Part shown: positions 16,899-26,169 of the stretch, one piece after another
Numbering within the stretch: the first letter of the stretch is position 1
Layout: the number at the start of each line of letters is the position of its first letter
Assembly: GCA_044346675.1 (NCBI GenBank)
Contig: JBIIYT010000001.1
Location: 1-38,683 of the forward strand
DNA length: 38,683 nucleotides
Source of the DNA: Rhodoferax sp.
GTDB lineage: Bacteria > Pseudomonadota > Gammaproteobacteria > Burkholderiales > Burkholderiaceae_C
Direction: 5' to 3'
Program-made: the position numbers and the translations under genes
The notes under the pieces: generated by a model
The model's input: only the letters and a program-made list of their open reading frames with translations
Database searches by the model: none
Told to the model about the DNA's origin: nothing

Positions 16899-18338
16899 TT
16901 AAACCGTCGTCGAGGCGGCACCTAGTGTGTTCTCGATACGAATTCTTATTGCATCCGATGCAGGCAAAAAGTTCACGGTAGGCAATATCGTGTGAACTTC
17001 ATCAAATAGCATTTGGGTGGAGACCACTTCAGCAATATTTCTTTCTACCTCTGCAAGGGTATGGCCAATTTTGGCACCTGGCAATCTGAACTCTTCAACC
17101 CGTGGCGAATCTGGATGGGCCATCATGAAAAAATCATAGATCACCAGCGGCTTGTTAAACGCCTCAGCGATCAGGTTGGTCGAGCATGGGAACGAAACGA
17201 TCAGTTTACAGTGCGGGTAAAGATCATGAATTTTCCAGGCGCGCGAAATATGCACTCCAAATTCTTTCTCAGCAAACACATAATCTTTGATATTGCATAG
17301 TGGGTGCAGGGAAAGCACCACCGGAAGACCCTGCTTGGTTGCAATTTCCATCATGGCACGAAAGTTGTCCCAGTGCCTATCGTAATCGCAATAGTGATGC
17401 TCGACCGAGGGTTCAACATTGAATAATAAGAAAGGCTCGTCTACTTGCAAACCCAAATCCGCGAATAGACTACAGCTAGCTCTGGAAACTTTAGTACGGG
17501 CTAAAACGGCATCGAGTAGCGGGATGCCCACGATGCAAACTTTGTCTGTCGGGAACTCACTCTGCTCCAAGAGTCTCTGAGAAAAGCGGTTGAACACGAA
17601 CACAGTATCAAAATTGGGACTTGGCTTCTGCCAGACATCGGCATTCATCAACCCCAGCCAGCGAGCCGAAAGCATTCCCATTGGATCCCACATGAAAATC
17701 GTTACTTCTTCGATAGTACGCGTCCATTGCGGCTGGAGTTTCGCTATAAGTCGATTTAATGCGTCGAAATCGGCACGCAAAATTACCTCCAACATACCCA
17801 TTTTCAAGTTGTTGAGCCGAGCTGAAATTGCCCCAATTTTCCCATGGTAGGCTGAAACTGGGTAGCAGCAATGATGCAAACCTCTAATGCGACTTTCCAA
17901 TAGAAAAGCATTGTCAAAGGTCCCAAACGAATGGAACGGACCAGAGAGAACAACAGTTGGCTGACTGCGGCGTATATATCCTGCAACCCAGATACGAACC
18001 GATAGCATCTGTTTTAGGTAACTCATTAAGCCAATCAAGCGGCGAGCAATACTGGGCCCGGAAGAAGTCGTTTTCACGGGGCGTGAGGTTCTCGCCGATT
18101 TTTCGGCAGATATTGCCGTATCTCCACGATATGCCATAGCTTGAGGTACCCGTTCGACCGTGCATCCAACAGCGGAGTATTTGGCAAAGGCCTCATCGGC
18201 AGACTCCCCAAGCCACCCGATCAAGACAGTCACTCGCCATCCGTTACGAACGAAGTTCTCTATTACCGGTTGGACTTCCCGATGGTAGTTATAGATAGAA
18301 ACTACAAACAGCGCTCGCAACTCTTCCACCACAATCAA
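16899..18338 (-). CDS. Hypothetical GT-B-fold protein; candidate CMP-ulosonate transferase
   Basis: 479-aa ORF. IVGIPLLD, VVLSLHP and SFPCSTNLIAEAFNKPLVIYDF resemble the HP and ST...EA..GKPV motifs of CMP-sugar/CDP-glycerol transferases. Confidence 0.5.
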   Translation of the reverse strand: MIVVEELRALFVVSIYNYHREVQPVIENFVRNGWRVTVLIGWLGESADEAFAKYSAVGCTVERVPQAMAYRGDTAISAEKSARTSRPVKTTSSGPSIARRLIGLMSYLKQMLSVRIWVAGYIRRSQPTVVLSGPFHSFGTFDNAFLLESRIRGLHHCCYPVSAYHGKIGAISARLNNLKMGMLEVILRADFDALNRLIAKLQPQWTRTIEEVTIFMWDPMGMLSARWLGLMNADVWQKPSPNFDTVFVFNRFSQRLLEQSEFPTDKVCIVGIPLLDAVLARTKVSRASCSLFADLGLQVDEPFLLFNVEPSVEHHYCDYDRHWDNFRAMMEIATKQGLPVVLSLHPLCNIKDYVFAEKEFGVHISRAWKIHDLYPHCKLIVSFPCSTNLIAEAFNKPLVIYDFFMMAHPDSPRVEEFRLPGAKIGHTLAEVERNIAEVVSTQMLFDEVHTILPTVNFLPASDAIRIRIENTLGAASTTV

Positions 18339-18931
18339 ACAATCGCAAATTTCTGGGATGTATAGCTAAGAAGCTGCGCAAGGCATTGATCCACGTTAAG
18401 CTCCGAGGTGTCCAATACAAGCTCAGGCACGATCGGCGGTTCATAGGGCGCACTAATTCCGGTAAAAGCATTAATTTCTCCCCGGCGCGCCTTTCCATAA
18501 AGCCCTTTAGGGTCTCGGCGTTCACACACAGAAAGTGGGGTAGCGACATAAACTTCGTGAAATAAGTCGCCAGCGATTTCTCTTACGCGCTGCCGATCTG
18601 CGCGATATGGCGATATAAAAGCAGTGATGATTAGACAGCCTGACTCGGCAAAAAGCTTCGCGACCTCGCCGATACGTCTTATGTTTTCGCCACGGTCTTC
18701 TGCGGAGAAACCGAGATCGCCGCAAAGCCCATGGCGCACATTGTCACCATCCAGAACGAACACGCGCCAACCTTTTTGAAAAAGAAACCGCTCCAATTCG
18801 AATGCCAAAGTGGTTTTCCCTGAAGCGGAAAGTCCCGTACACCAGAGGATGCCACTTTTATGCCGATTGGCCTGCCAGCGGTCTGCTAAGGCGACCTTAT
18901 GCTCCGTAAAGTGAATATTGCTCGATTGCAT
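18335..18931 (-). CDS. cysC: Adenylyl-sulfate (APS) kinase
   Basis: TGLSASGKTT P-loop, LDGDNVRHGL, DLGFS, FISPY, RDPKGLY, FTGISAPYE. Confidence 0.96.
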   Translation of the reverse strand: MQSSNIHFTEHKVALADRWQANRHKSGILWCTGLSASGKTTLAFELERFLFQKGWRVFVLDGDNVRHGLCGDLGFSAEDRGENIRRIGEVAKLFAESGCLIITAFISPYRADRQRVREIAGDLFHEVYVATPLSVCERRDPKGLYGKARRGEINAFTGISAPYEPPIVPELVLDTSELNVDQCLAQLLSYTSQKFAIV

Positions 18932-18948
18932 TGATGGGCTTCACAGGT

Positions 18949-19713
18949 TTATGTATTTGCCTTAATCGCAGACAGATGGCACCAGGGTTGAAATAGGGTG
19001 CCACGAAATGGGAGCTTTCGTCCGTCTGCCGCAGGGACTGTATAAGTAATTAAATCGCCATCTCCACCTGATGGCTCTAGATCGATTGGGAGGGTAAATG
19101 GTCGGAATACGGCATTCTTGAAACCGGCTGCAGTCAGTGATTTTTCTGCCATTGCCATAGGACGAAAACGTAAGCGCAGCCCCGCAGGGTGGCTTTTCGA
19201 TACCTCCAAGATATGCAGATCCTGAGGATAAGGATGGAAAAAGTCGAATACGATCATTATTCCGCCAGGCTTCAGCGCGCCTGCAACGCTCTTTAGCGCC
19301 TGCTCGAACTGTACGTCCTCCATCATGTAGAGAACGGCATTGATTGCAACAATGTCGTAGCGCCCAGTTTGTGGTAGGTTGAGCATATCCAGCATTTCGA
19401 ACGCAATGCCAGCAAGTTCTGGATTTGCCCGACATTCCTTGAGGGATGACTCTGCCAAGTCTCCGCCAATGAGTTCGAGTTGGGGAAGTAATCGCTTCAG
19501 ATGCAACAGCAAGTTACCTGTAGAACACCCGACATCAAGCAATCGCATTTTCCCCATACTAGGATCATGCTGGGCCAAAAAATCCTTTATCAAACCCACT
19601 AGCACTCTGTCACTTTCGCGCATCTGATTCGCATATCTCGCTTGGTAGGCGTTGTACTCATCAAGAAATGATTTGTCTGTAACGTAGTCCTGATAAGAAA
19701 AGTCCGCACTCAT
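18949..19713 (-). CDS. Class I SAM-dependent methyltransferase
   Basis: LLDVGCSTG, GGDL, YDIVAINAVL, LKPGG. Confidence 0.85.
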   Translation of the reverse strand: MSADFSYQDYVTDKSFLDEYNAYQARYANQMRESDRVLVGLIKDFLAQHDPSMGKMRLLDVGCSTGNLLLHLKRLLPQLELIGGDLAESSLKECRANPELAGIAFEMLDMLNLPQTGRYDIVAINAVLYMMEDVQFEQALKSVAGALKPGGIMIVFDFFHPYPQDLHILEVSKSHPAGLRLRFRPMAMAEKSLTAAGFKNAVFRPFTLPIDLEPSGGDGDLITYTVPAADGRKLPFRGTLFQPWCHLSAIKANT

Positions 19714-19738
19714 TTTGTATTCCTTCTAAAAATGTTTG

Positions 19739-20896
19739 TCATTGACTGGGGAAATGTATTGCATCAAGCGTGTCTTTAAACAAGAAACACCGTCTCGTAA
19801 GCATCTCCTCGGACACGCCATTTGCAGTGACCATTAGGTGACGAATCATCTCTCCGCCGAAATCCGTCAGCAAGTCACCGCTGTCGCTACGCCATGATCC
19901 GGGTTGAGCTGAGGCCTGCTTGAGGTACGCCAAAACCGTTGCAGGGTCGGGCTTTGTTACCCGTTGGTACGGGGTGAGCCGCATCTCCGGTCCGCAAAAG
20001 TAGTCAACTGCCTGCACCACAGATTCGGGCAGCTCTCGCTTCCAGCGATCAATAGTTTCGGCGTAGATATCCCTTCCGTCATGTTGAAAACTACTGTTGC
20101 CCATCCAACCGTCAGCGGATAAGCGAAGCATTTCCGAACTGTAATCAATCTCCAACTCTTGGCAAAGCCTACGTGCTTCCTCTAGTGGAGATGAGGCAAG
20201 CTGTTCGAACGAAACACACCTAACGCGCCCGGACAAAGCCACATCGGTTTCAAAGCGACGCATTAGGGCTACCTGCTTGCGCCAGTGTCTCAGATAGGAA
20301 GGAGCGTGAGCAGCCTGTGTGGGGTCCTTTTCCGCCATGGCAAGTAACGACGCAACGATTGCGCGAGGATCCCGTTCAAGAATATAAAAACGTGCATCTG
20401 GAAAAACCCGCGCGAGGAAAGGCAAAAATTCAAGCGCCCAGACCTCCTTAGATCCTGCCCACGAAGCGCTAGACTTCATGCTGGCAAATATCTCAAGAGC
20501 ACTTTGAAACACTGCTCCATATGTAGCCCCATCCAGTGCGTACATTTTGGCACCAAGAGTAGTCGACTCAAGGGCTGCTCGATTCGCAACTTTGTCTCGC
20601 AACCCTGTCAGCTCGCCCTGTCTAAATGGCATATCTGCAGGCGTCTCGAGCATCAAATCGAGCATTGCCGCACCTTGTGGGTCGAAGTAGTAGTCCTGAA
20701 AAGGCGACGCTGGCGAGAAACCCTGCACCACCGTAGCCCGGGCACGCTCTGCAACTACGGCATTTCGCAACGACCGAAACAAGGGCATAAGTGGATCAAG
20801 GGCAACACTGACCAAGGGATGCCGATCAAGCATCCGAGCCAGTAAGTTGGTTCCAGATCGCGCTAGACCGAAAATGAAAATAGGGCGACAGGCCAT
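19739..20896 (-). CDS. PAPS-dependent sulfotransferase
   Basis: 5'-PSB loop PIFIFGLARSGTNLL, 3'-PB motif RDPRAIVAS, FEQL, RWK. cysC lies two genes downstream. Confidence 0.88.
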   Translation of the reverse strand: MACRPIFIFGLARSGTNLLARMLDRHPLVSVALDPLMPLFRSLRNAVVAERARATVVQGFSPASPFQDYYFDPQGAAMLDLMLETPADMPFRQGELTGLRDKVANRAALESTTLGAKMYALDGATYGAVFQSALEIFASMKSSASWAGSKEVWALEFLPFLARVFPDARFYILERDPRAIVASLLAMAEKDPTQAAHAPSYLRHWRKQVALMRRFETDVALSGRVRCVSFEQLASSPLEEARRLCQELEIDYSSEMLRLSADGWMGNSSFQHDGRDIYAETIDRWKRELPESVVQAVDYFCGPEMRLTPYQRVTKPDPATVLAYLKQASAQPGSWRSDSGDLLTDFGGEMIRHLMVTANGVSEEMLTRRCFLFKDTLDAIHFPSQ

Positions 20897-20898
20897 TC

Positions 20899-22014
20899 TT
20901 AGCGAACAGGAACCGCAGCAATGATGATGTCATCACATTGCCGCCCGCGATCGAGCGCCTGTTGAAGTACAGGGATGAAATCAACTAGTGCATCGAACAT
21001 TGCAGGATCTTCGGCCTTTAGTGCGGCTTGCACAAAGGTTTCGTAGGCATCCATACCAAAATACCAAGCAGCAACTGGGGCAAAGCCCTCCTCGACCAGT
21101 GCCGTGCATATGGAAGCGTCAGTAAATCCGTTGACATGAGTGGTTGGATCCATGTGCCGAGCGACCACTGCGCCGTTCATGCCCTGAACCATGGTGCCAA
21201 GCGAATCCACCCTAGGAACTTCGACCACTAACATACCGTCGGAGCTGAGCTGGCGACGGGCAGCGGCAAGAAAATCGCGAGGGCTTTCCACATACTCGAG
21301 AAGACCCCAGAAGGTCATGATATCTGGCGCTACTCCAGATGCTTGCAAAAAATCATCTTCGCGCAAGTTGAGGTTGAACGCCTCGCGAGCAAATATGCGC
21401 GAGACGCGTGACTTCTCGAAACCATCGACAGCGATGCCACGTTGCTTCGCTCCAGCCAGAAAGTGGCCGCCACCGGCACCAACATCGACGATAGACCGCG
21501 GATCTCTTCCTTGTAAAAATCTAAAGTGGGCTGCACACCAATCGAGTTTAGGAGCAATGATTTGCTCCATCCTAATTGCAATGGCGTTGTGGTCGACATA
21601 GGCCGAAGAATGGGTTTCGGACTCAGCAAACACTCGGTCTAAAACCTCGGCTGCGGGTCGTGCGCCGACACCAACATGGCCGCATCCGGCACATCGCAAA
21701 TAGGCTACGCCAAAAACAACTAACTCGACTTTGGCTTCATCCAATGAGGCTCGGCACATGGGACATTCAGCGACACGATGGATTTCAGGAGCGGAACGAT
21801 AGAGACGTTCAGCTGTCACCGAAAGAAAGTTGGCATAGGTGCGCACCTCACCTAAGTCAATGCCCTTGAGCTTAAGAACATCCAGTGGTTTGCCCGCACG
21901 AACCCGAACATCAAAGGCAGTTGCCTCTCCGTTGAGAGGCCGATACTGCCATTGCTCTAGCCACTCATTTGTATGATTCGCGCTAAAGGGCGAAGTTCTC
22001 TGCCAACTTGTCAT
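20899..22014 (-). CDS. Class I SAM-dependent methyltransferase with Cys4 motif
   Basis: CPMC...CAGC, IVDVGAGGG, LLEYVESP, VVEVP, HVNGF. Confidence 0.85.
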   Translation of the reverse strand: MTSWQRTSPFSANHTNEWLEQWQYRPLNGEATAFDVRVRAGKPLDVLKLKGIDLGEVRTYANFLSVTAERLYRSAPEIHRVAECPMCRASLDEAKVELVVFGVAYLRCAGCGHVGVGARPAAEVLDRVFAESETHSSAYVDHNAIAIRMEQIIAPKLDWCAAHFRFLQGRDPRSIVDVGAGGGHFLAGAKQRGIAVDGFEKSRVSRIFAREAFNLNLREDDFLQASGVAPDIMTFWGLLEYVESPRDFLAAARRQLSSDGMLVVEVPRVDSLGTMVQGMNGAVVARHMDPTTHVNGFTDASICTALVEEGFAPVAAWYFGMDAYETFVQAALKAEDPAMFDALVDFIPVLQQALDRGRQCDDIIIAAVPVR

Positions 22015-22832
22015 GATGGAATTGCGAAAACTCGCACGGTAAATTTGCTACTTGGTTCGTGTAAGTTTTGCATATGCACTGGCGTGAATCCGGCGCGCAT
22101 GGCAAGTAGAATTGCTGAGGCAGTACTAAATACATGATGGTGCTCAATGAAAAATTCTTCCCTTGCCGGGCCCTCATGCGCAGCTGACTCACCGTCCGGA
22201 ACTTCGAAATAGACAAAGCCACCGGGAGCAAGTAACGACGTTACCCGCGCCAGCATGGCAACGGGATCTTCCACATGCTCCAGCACCTTGTTGAGGGTGA
22301 CAACATCGAACATACCAAGGCCAGAAAGGTCTACCTTCAAGAAATCAGCTGTCACCGCATCAATGCCAATAACCTCCCGCGCATGGCGACTTGCGCGCTC
22401 ATCGGGATCAAGTGCCGTGCACTGCCAACCCGCTTCCTTCATGCGATGCGGAAAAACACCCAGGCCAGCCCCTATGTCAAGTAGACGCGGAACTTTTCCA
22501 TTCGAGAAATGTTTGTTCGCGAAGTCTAGAACACACTTGACCCGAGCAACGTTATCTGACTTTTCAGGCGGCAGCGCCTGGATCCGATCAAAGGTTTCAC
22601 GCATCCGCGCACCGTAGGTGTTATCAACATATGCGCCACCATAAAGACCACTCAGGTCCATTGCGTTTTCAGAGAACCAGTGGCCGCAGAGGCTACAGTG
22701 AGAATAGCTGCGTTCGTACTTTCCGGAGCCGCAGTCAAATGCAGTTTCTCCCGCAGGAGGCTCCCTATACTGGAAGGCAGGCTTGCAATGGCGCCGGTCG
22801 CAGGGGCAGTGGAGTGTTGGGCTGATCATCAC
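22011..22832 (-). CDS. Class I SAM-dependent methyltransferase with N-terminal Cys motif
   Basis: CPC...CSLC, LLDIGAGLG, FDVVTLNKVLEHVEDP, YFEVP. Confidence 0.87.
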   Translation of the reverse strand: MMISPTLHCPCDRRHCKPAFQYREPPAGETAFDCGSGKYERSYSHCSLCGHWFSENAMDLSGLYGGAYVDNTYGARMRETFDRIQALPPEKSDNVARVKCVLDFANKHFSNGKVPRLLDIGAGLGVFPHRMKEAGWQCTALDPDERASRHAREVIGIDAVTADFLKVDLSGLGMFDVVTLNKVLEHVEDPVAMLARVTSLLAPGGFVYFEVPDGESAAHEGPAREEFFIEHHHVFSTASAILLAMRAGFTPVHMQNLHEPSSKFTVRVFAIPS

Positions 22833-23212
22833 AATTTTCCAAGTTTCGCTGAAAGCGCATCAAGCGCGACCGTGTTATCCAGCCAGGCAATAACGGCAAG
22901 GTTTTCCTGATCGCAATAGGCATCAAATTTCGCTTCGCCTCCTTGCTCTACAAGCAGTAAAAAATATCGCCCAGTGTCTCGATTCCGAATGAGCACTCCT
23001 CGCAAGCCGAATTGTTCCAAACGCCCGTTAAGCGAGGGTGTGGCATAGAAGCCCCAATCCTTCGCTGCAACATCGTACTGGGCACCAGACTGCTTGACAA
23101 AGGTAACCTGTTCATCGGGTTCTAGGTACAGGCTACCGCAGTCTTGCATGTCAAACTTCGCTGAGTTTCCGACTGAAAAGAGTCGCGGAGGGTCACGGGG
23201 CTCAAACTTCAC
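22829..23212 (-). CDS. Hypothetical protein (127 aa), translationally coupled to both neighbours
   Basis: GTG at 23212 overlaps the WbuX TGA (GTGA), and its own TGA overlaps the next ATG. Protein-like composition (EPDEQVTF, YDV, WGFYATPSLNGRL). The ORF track extends to 23278. Confidence 0.75.
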   Translation of the reverse strand: MKFEPRDPPRLFSVGNSAKFDMQDCGSLYLEPDEQVTFVKQSGAQYDVAAKDWGFYATPSLNGRLEQFGLRGVLIRNRDTGRYFLLLVEQGGEAKFDAYCDQENLAVIAWLDNTVALDALSAKLGKL

Positions 23213-24330
23213 GTCCACTTCCAATCTTGTATGGGAAAGCCCGGAATGTACCAAGTACCATCGTCCCGCTGACGCCAAATCCGCCGGTTTCTGAACGAGT
23301 CGGCAATCTCAAGAAACCTTTCCCGGGTTATACCTGCGAATGAGCAGAATTTTTCAATATCTGCATGGGGTGTCTGATCGCCCTTTTGCTTGACAATTTC
23401 CAGCGCGTGCTCACGGGTTATGCGACCATTTCGAATTTCCAACGACAGATTGTCAAACAGTCGAGTGAAGCCGAATTTGTACCATTTCATCCAGTGGTGC
23501 AGCGAGATGAAGTCGTCATCGATGTCTGCGTAGTCATAGTAGCCAGTTCGAGCCGCGCCAGTCTCATATTGAAAACCGTGGTTGGTCGCCACTTGCAAGC
23601 TGGATTCCGGATCCCAGGGAAAGTAGTAGCCCAAAAAAACTGCCCGTAAGGCCTGCGCATCTATGCTGGTTTCGTCAGGGCCAAAATAGGCTGCAAGCTC
23701 CTTGCTAGTGAGTCCATACTCAAGCCAGTCTTCCGCAGTCGTACCATGAGTCACGCCGTATTTTTTCAACCAATTGCTGTCAAGCCGAAACCCAGTGAGT
23801 GACTCATCCTCGGTGCCGTATTCGAATGCGGAATTTTCTCCCCATACAACAAGTGGTATGCGAAACCGAGCGGCAATGGTGAGCGGAATGTTAAACAAGG
23901 CCATATGCATAGGTAGGGCTGTAGAGCCAAACCGCTCGAAAGCCTTAACCATAAATCGAGCCTCTACCTTGGGATTGATTTGGTAGTCAATGTGGTCCAC
24001 TCCTAATGCCACAAGATTGTCAAGATTGCGCTGACCAATGGACGTACGCGCCGGTGTCTTCCACGTCACTGCCAACGGGGTAAGGCCAAGCTCTAAACAC
24101 TTTACGACTTGCCAGGTGCTATCCTTGCCACCGCTAACTGGGATCAAACAATCGTAACTGTTTGATGCTTCCTTGGCATGAGCTATAACACGTTGAAATG
24201 CCGCTTCGCGACCGACCCAATCGATAGTCGGTTTGCCCCCATGAGCCCTACAGGCATTGCATACCCCATCTTCACCGATCACAAGGTTGGGGCGACTATC
24301 TGGCAGCACACAGGTGCAACACCACCTCAT
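23209..24330 (-). CDS. N-acetyl sugar amidotransferase (WbuX/PseA/WbpG family), standalone
   Basis: CCTC..PDSRP...GVCNAC, YDCLIPVSGGKDS, VWGEN, KWYKFGF, EIRNGRITRE. Confidence 0.92.
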   Translation of the reverse strand: MRWCCTCVLPDSRPNLVIGEDGVCNACRAHGGKPTIDWVGREAAFQRVIAHAKEASNSYDCLIPVSGGKDSTWQVVKCLELGLTPLAVTWKTPARTSIGQRNLDNLVALGVDHIDYQINPKVEARFMVKAFERFGSTALPMHMALFNIPLTIAARFRIPLVVWGENSAFEYGTEDESLTGFRLDSNWLKKYGVTHGTTAEDWLEYGLTSKELAAYFGPDETSIDAQALRAVFLGYYFPWDPESSLQVATNHGFQYETGAARTGYYDYADIDDDFISLHHWMKWYKFGFTRLFDNLSLEIRNGRITREHALEIVKQKGDQTPHADIEKFCSFAGITRERFLEIADSFRNRRIWRQRDDGTWYIPGFPIQDWKWT

Positions 24331-26168
24331 GCACTCACTCCGTCGCCGAACTCTTCTAGAAACATCCGTGCGTTTAAAAAGTAGAAAAGAAACTTGCTTT
24401 GACTGTTTGGCAAGTCTGGCTTCTCCAGTAACTTCTCAATTGCGTCTCTGCGAACGTAATCGAAGATAGGACCATCGTCAAGGATTTGGCCTCTCACCTG
24501 CGGATTAGCAATGTCTAGATAATCGAAAATTGGAACATTGAAGCCAACTTTGCGCGGGTTGTCGATCACTGCATCGGGCGCCAGACCGCGCACAGCTTCG
24601 CGAAGCACGGCTTTTGCTTTGGCATCACGAATCAAATGACGGGTCGGAATCGACTGACATAAGTCGAACAAGCGGCGATCCAGAAACGGTGACCGGTTCT
24701 CAACCGAGTAATACATTGCATTGAGATCATCTTCGTGAAGAATAGGAGGCACTGATTCATGGAACAGTTCGTTGTTCATCCGATTTCGAAGATGGACCCG
24801 ACTGTAGGGCTCTTCCGCAAATGGCTCACTCCATGGTGTTGAAAGGAATGCGCTGAAGGCATCTGAATCAAGGTAAATGTGGTCGCGCAAACCTGGATTT
24901 TTGACAAAACAATCTGGGTCTTGGAGAACGGGATTTCGCACAATCGGCCCGACGACTCTTTTCCAGTTCTCACGCGCCTGCGCTTGAGCTATGGGATCAT
25001 TAGCCAAGGCCTGAAGGTAAAAATTTTGGTGATCGAAGTAGCCACTGAACAGCTCATCAGCTCCCGTTCCACTCATAGATACCTTGTAACCCGCCGCCGC
25101 CACTGCAGACATTAACTGCCACTGTGCATAGTACGTAATGGTGCACACGGGCGCGTCATGGTATTTGATTTGGCTCCTCAGGTTGGCTAAAAAATCCTTT
25201 CGCTGCACGGGAATGGTGGTGTGCTGCAGGCCAAGTTCAGCCACCGAGGTCTCTACCATTGCCCGCTCTTCGTAGCGTTCGTCCGTGTTCATGATCGTAA
25301 AACCATGCACCTGGTGGCCAAGTTTGCGCTTCGCAATCGCAATCAACGCGTTCGAATCGACCCCCCCGCTTAGGCAGAAAGCTATAGGGACATCGGCTCT
25401 CAAGCGAATTCGAACAGATTCGACCAAAGCCTCGCTCACCCGGGCAACAGAATCTTCAAACGTCATCGACTCGTCGACTGAGTCAAAGCTAGGTGACCAG
25501 TACGACGACTCCTTCTTGTTTCCCTGACGGTCAAACTGAACCGTTGTACCTGGCCGTATTTCGCGAAGACCGTTAAAGAACGTTTCTCCGTTCTTGTACA
25601 GGGCTTTGTAGCCGTTTACCAAATAGCGCCGAAGGTGATTTCCATTAACTGAGAGTTGTCTACCTAGAAGGGCAAAAATGAACTTAGGCTCGGAGCCAAA
25701 ATACACACCCGTTTCGTCCTCAAATACAAAAAGTGGTTTTTCCCCAAAACGATCACGGCAAAGCAAAAGCCCACTTTCGTCCATCCACGCAAAAGCCCAC
25801 ATGCCCTCGCAGTCGTCCAGCCCAGAGGCACCCCGGGTACCTAGCACACTGGCTAAAACTTCGGTATCACTTTCGGTCTTGAATTCTTGGCCTTCGCGAG
25901 TCAGTTTCGCCCGCAGCTCCACATAGTTGTATAGCTCTCCGTTGTAACAGAGATGTGCTCCATCTCGGGCAAACGGTTGATTGGCGCGAGCGTCTAGGTC
26001 AATGATCCGCAAGCGCGAATGCAGCATGTAACTATTACGCGTGCCACCAATGACGCGGTGAACGGATCCATGACCATCCGGGCCACGCCGCCGCATCCGA
26101 TCAAAACATTGCTCCAAGCGCTCTGGAGGCAATGTGCGTGTTCCGTAGTATCCAGCGATTCCACACAT
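24327..26168 (-). CDS. asnB: Asparagine synthetase (glutamine-hydrolysing)-like sugar amidotransferase (copy 1)
   Basis: MCGIAG (N-terminal nucleophile Cys), RRGPDG, HSRLRIID, YNGELYN, SDTEV, RDRFGEKPL, LSGGVDS, GADELF, RSPFLD. Confidence 0.92.
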   Translation of the reverse strand: MCGIAGYYGTRTLPPERLEQCFDRMRRRGPDGHGSVHRVIGGTRNSYMLHSRLRIIDLDARANQPFARDGAHLCYNGELYNYVELRAKLTREGQEFKTESDTEVLASVLGTRGASGLDDCEGMWAFAWMDESGLLLCRDRFGEKPLFVFEDETGVYFGSEPKFIFALLGRQLSVNGNHLRRYLVNGYKALYKNGETFFNGLREIRPGTTVQFDRQGNKKESSYWSPSFDSVDESMTFEDSVARVSEALVESVRIRLRADVPIAFCLSGGVDSNALIAIAKRKLGHQVHGFTIMNTDERYEERAMVETSVAELGLQHTTIPVQRKDFLANLRSQIKYHDAPVCTITYYAQWQLMSAVAAAGYKVSMSGTGADELFSGYFDHQNFYLQALANDPIAQAQARENWKRVVGPIVRNPVLQDPDCFVKNPGLRDHIYLDSDAFSAFLSTPWSEPFAEEPYSRVHLRNRMNNELFHESVPPILHEDDLNAMYYSVENRSPFLDRRLFDLCQSIPTRHLIRDAKAKAVLREAVRGLAPDAVIDNPRKVGFNVPIFDYLDIANPQVRGQILDDGPIFDYVRRDAIEKLLEKPDLPNSQSKFLFYFLNARMFLEEFGDGVSA

Positions 26169-26169
26169 A

